Positions 26,391 to 28,549 of a stretch of 28,549 bases of DNA are shown here, piece by piece. Numbering within the stretch: position 1 is the stretch's first letter; each line of letters starts with the position of its first letter. The notes under the pieces were generated by a model that was not told the DNA's origin, ran no database searches, and saw only the letters and a list, made by a program, of their open reading frames with translations. The DNA lies in the NCBI GenBank assembly GCA_965612795.1, contig CBFDTI010000009.1, positions 1 to 28,549 of the forward strand, in the 5' to 3' direction. The position numbers were made by a program, and so were the translations under genes. Origin of the DNA: an uncultured bacterium (lineage in GTDB: Bacteria; Hydrothermota; UBA3073; NMUJ01).

Positions 26391-26782
26391 GCGACCCTAA
26401 AATAGTTGTGTTCTGTTGTAACTGGTCGGTATATCCGGGGTTGCAGCTAAGTGACCTGGAAGGGGAGCCGGATATATCGGCGGGGACGATTGTCACCATG
26501 TGTACGGGTAGGATAGATCCTGAACTTGTACTGGAGGCGTTCGATAAGGGTGCGTGGGGGGTGATGATAGCGGCATGCCCGTTGGGTGAGTGTGAGCATG
26601 ACGGTAATTATAAAACAGTACGTAGGGTGATGCTGCTCAGAAAGATGTTAAAACAGCTGAATATTGAACCTGAAAGGGTGAGGCTGGAATACATAGGTAC
26701 GGGTGAGGTGGCCAAACTCAATAAGGCTATACGTGAGTTCCGTGATAGTGTGGTGAAGCTGGGACCGTTAGGTAGTGGGTGA
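26387..26782 (+). CDS. Divergent MvhD-like protein (second copy)
   Basis: PKIVVFCCNWS, TMCTGRIDP, AACPLGECEHDGNYKT, ERVRLEYI, KLGPL. Confidence 0.88.
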   Translation: MSDPKIVVFCCNWSVYPGLQLSDLEGEPDISAGTIVTMCTGRIDPELVLEAFDKGAWGVMIAACPLGECEHDGNYKTVRRVMLLRKMLKQLNIEPERVRLEYIGTGEVAKLNKAIREFRDSVVKLGPLGSG

Positions 26783-27251
26783 CGAGTTACGTGAGTTCCT
26801 GGAGCGACATCGAGGTGGTAAGATTGTAGTCATAGGGGTGGGTAATACATTACGTGGTGATGATGGGGTAGGGCCAAAGTTTGTTGAGAGAATTAAAGAT
26901 TTTACAAGTGATAGGTTTGTGGCAATAGATGCGGGTGAGGTGCCTGAGAACTATCTGGGTAAGGTGGCTAAACTGCAACCCGATGTCATAATACTGGTGG
27001 ATGCAACTAATATGGGGGAAACACCCGGTACGATGAAGGTGTTGACACGTGAAGCTATAGAGGGGGAGGCGTTCTTTACACATAAGTTGCCGTTGAGTTT
27101 TGTGATGAAGCACTGGGAGGATGAAGGGTTTAAGGTGTTTCTGATCGGTATACAGCCGGAGCAGCTGGAGTTCGGTAAGGGGTTGTCACCGAGGGTGGCG
27201 AAAGCATTGGAGGAGTTGGTGAGGATATTCCGAAATACGGTGACACAATAG
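26775..27251 (+). CDS. hycI: Hydrogenase 3-type maturation endopeptidase (HycI family)
   Basis: GVGNTLRGDDGVG, GEVPENY, LVDATNMG..PG, THKLPLS, IGIQP. Confidence 0.85.
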   Translation: MGDELREFLERHRGGKIVVIGVGNTLRGDDGVGPKFVERIKDFTSDRFVAIDAGEVPENYLGKVAKLQPDVIILVDATNMGETPGTMKVLTREAIEGEAFFTHKLPLSFVMKHWEDEGFKVFLIGIQPEQLEFGKGLSPRVAKALEELVRIFRNTVTQ

Positions 27252-27270
27252 TTTATAGAAGTGAGACATA

Positions 27271-27903
27271 ATGTGTGATAGGGTTGAAATCTTTGAAAAA
27301 TACGCAGAAGAGTATGATGGGTGGTTTGATAAGCATAGGTTTGCATATGAATCGGAGATTGTGGCGCTCAAAATGTGTGTACCGAAAGATGGTAAAGGGA
27401 TGGAGATAGGTGTGGGTACGGGAAGGTTTGCGGTACCACTTGGTGTGAAGATAGGGGTTGAACCTGCGAAGGCGATGGCCGATATAGCACGTAGACGTGG
27501 GGTGAAAGTTATCGAAGCAAAAGGAGAAGAGCTGCCGTTTGATGACAACGTGTTTGATTATGTGTTGATAATTGTCACAATATGTTTCGTGGAAGATGTC
27601 TGGCAGGTGCTCAAAGAGGCGAAGAGGGTGGTTAAACCTAGTGGATATGTGATCATCGGTATGATAGATAAGGACAGCTTTCTGGGTAGATGGTATATGA
27701 AGCGAAAGCATAAGAGTAAATTTTATAGGTATGCAAAATTCTATTCCACTGAGGAGGTGATGGGGTGGTTGAATGAGTTGGGATTTAAGGAGCTACAGAT
27801 ATGGCAAACAATATTTGAGCTACCAGAAAGGATGACACAGGTGGCACAGGTGAAACCTGGGTACGGTGAAGGTGGGTTTGTGGTGATCAGGGCAGTGAAG
27901 TGA
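27271..27903 (+). CDS. Class I SAM-dependent methyltransferase
   Basis: Motif I EIGVGTGRF; GEELPF...FD; EAKRVVKPSG. Confidence 0.9.
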   Translation: MCDRVEIFEKYAEEYDGWFDKHRFAYESEIVALKMCVPKDGKGMEIGVGTGRFAVPLGVKIGVEPAKAMADIARRRGVKVIEAKGEELPFDDNVFDYVLIIVTICFVEDVWQVLKEAKRVVKPSGYVIIGMIDKDSFLGRWYMKRKHKSKFYRYAKFYSTEEVMGWLNELGFKELQIWQTIFELPERMTQVAQVKPGYGEGGFVVIRAVK

Positions 27904-27907
27904 TAAA

Positions 27908-28507
27908 ATGGCGGATTGCGGAGACTGGTTCAACGGTGAGGGTGAACGGTTTCTACAGGCGGTTGGTGTAAAATCAGGTAATATAGTGGTGGATTTTGGT
28001 TGTGGTAGCGGATGCTATGCTGTTCCAGCGGCAAAGTTGGTGGGTGAAACCGGCACAGTGTACGCGGTGGATGAGAATGACGATATGTTGGAAAAGTTGA
28101 AATCCCGCATGATGATGTATGGAGTGAAAAATGTTGTCACCATACATGGGGATGAGACCAGCTTGCGTGTGATCGGAAATGATACAGTTGATGTTATACT
28201 GGCGTATGATGTGCTACACTTTATGGATAAAGTCAGAAGAGGTAGGTTGTATCAAGAGTTCCACAGGATACTGAAACCAGAGGGTCTGCTGTCGGTCTAT
28301 CCAAAGCATAATCGTGACGATAGCCCGATGTGGGAGTTACAGGAGCTCAGTGTAGATGATGTTATCGAGGAGATTGAAGCAAATGGGTTCAAACTGGTGG
28401 CTAAATATCGTGAGAGGTTGATACATGATGAATCGTACGAGGTGGGTGTGGTGATAAATTTCGTGAAAGTTAACCCGTACGACTGTATACATGAAGAGCT
28501 ATCATGA
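27908..28507 (+). CDS. Class I SAM-dependent methyltransferase
   Basis: Motif I VDFGCGSG; VYAVD; EFHRILKPEG. Confidence 0.88.
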   Translation: MADCGDWFNGEGERFLQAVGVKSGNIVVDFGCGSGCYAVPAAKLVGETGTVYAVDENDDMLEKLKSRMMMYGVKNVVTIHGDETSLRVIGNDTVDVILAYDVLHFMDKVRRGRLYQEFHRILKPEGLLSVYPKHNRDDSPMWELQELSVDDVIEEIEANGFKLVAKYRERLIHDESYEVGVVINFVKVNPYDCIHEELS

Positions 28508-28549
28508 CTAAATATCAGAATATGCCCTATGTATCGGATATTTTGCAGC

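Noticed and set aside
20125..26782. Selenocysteine recoding in HdrA, MvhD or MvhA
   Set aside because: The usual Sec positions are encoded as Cys (or Ser in the second MvhD), and no in-frame TGA interrupts these ORFs.
241..27711. Many antisense or alternate-frame ORFs in the track (e.g. 11632-12228, 20766-21404, 22391-22939, 24515-25093, 27253-27711)
   Set aside because: They lie inside well-supported genes, show no recognisable motifs and have the composition of shadow ORFs from G/T-rich coding strands.
28504..28549. Possible start of a further coupled gene (ATGA overlap, MTKYQNMPYVSDILQ...)
   Set aside because: Only 15 codons are visible before the window edge, too little to support a call.
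1..28549. CRISPR arrays, tRNA/rRNA, IS elements, tandem repeats, intrinsic terminators
   Set aside because: None seen by eye; the window is almost fully coding and the short gaps hold no convincing hairpin-plus-U-tract or repeat array.

Overview
A gene-dense, anaerobic energy-metabolism region, probably bacterial (sigma70-like TTGAC promoters, AGGAGG Shine-Dalgarno sites). Two divergent blocks flank a 263-bp intergenic region (6979-7241). The left block (minus strand) encodes a GlcD/D-lactate-dehydrogenase-family flavoprotein, a GlcF/HdrD-like CCG Fe-S protein, GTP-dependent PEP carboxykinase, a DUF167 protein and an SdhB/SdhA-like pair; the flavoprotein is cut by the window edge and lacks the covalent-FAD His. 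The right block (plus strand, about 21 kb, 29 almost gap-free genes) encodes, in order: an AsrAB/HydBG/FlxBA-like NAD(P)H module, a HycB/CooF-like polyferredoxin, a complete group 4 membrane [NiFe]-hydrogenase with an Mrp-type antiporter module, hdrCBA-mvhD, an OsmC-family protein, mvhGA, two maturation proteases and two methyltransferases. The most unusual element is at 25824-26782. It is a chimeric Fe-S protein whose N-half is an ungapped ~58% identical paralog of the GlcF-like protein's di-cluster domain and whose C-half resembles the HdrA C-terminal ferredoxin domain, followed by a divergent second mvhD. I interpret this as a candidate adaptor wiring the 2-hydroxyacid dehydrogenase directly to the Mvh hydrogenase (or Flx module). 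All calls rest on motif recognition and hand alignment; no database searches were run. No RNA genes, CRISPR arrays or mobile elements were seen.
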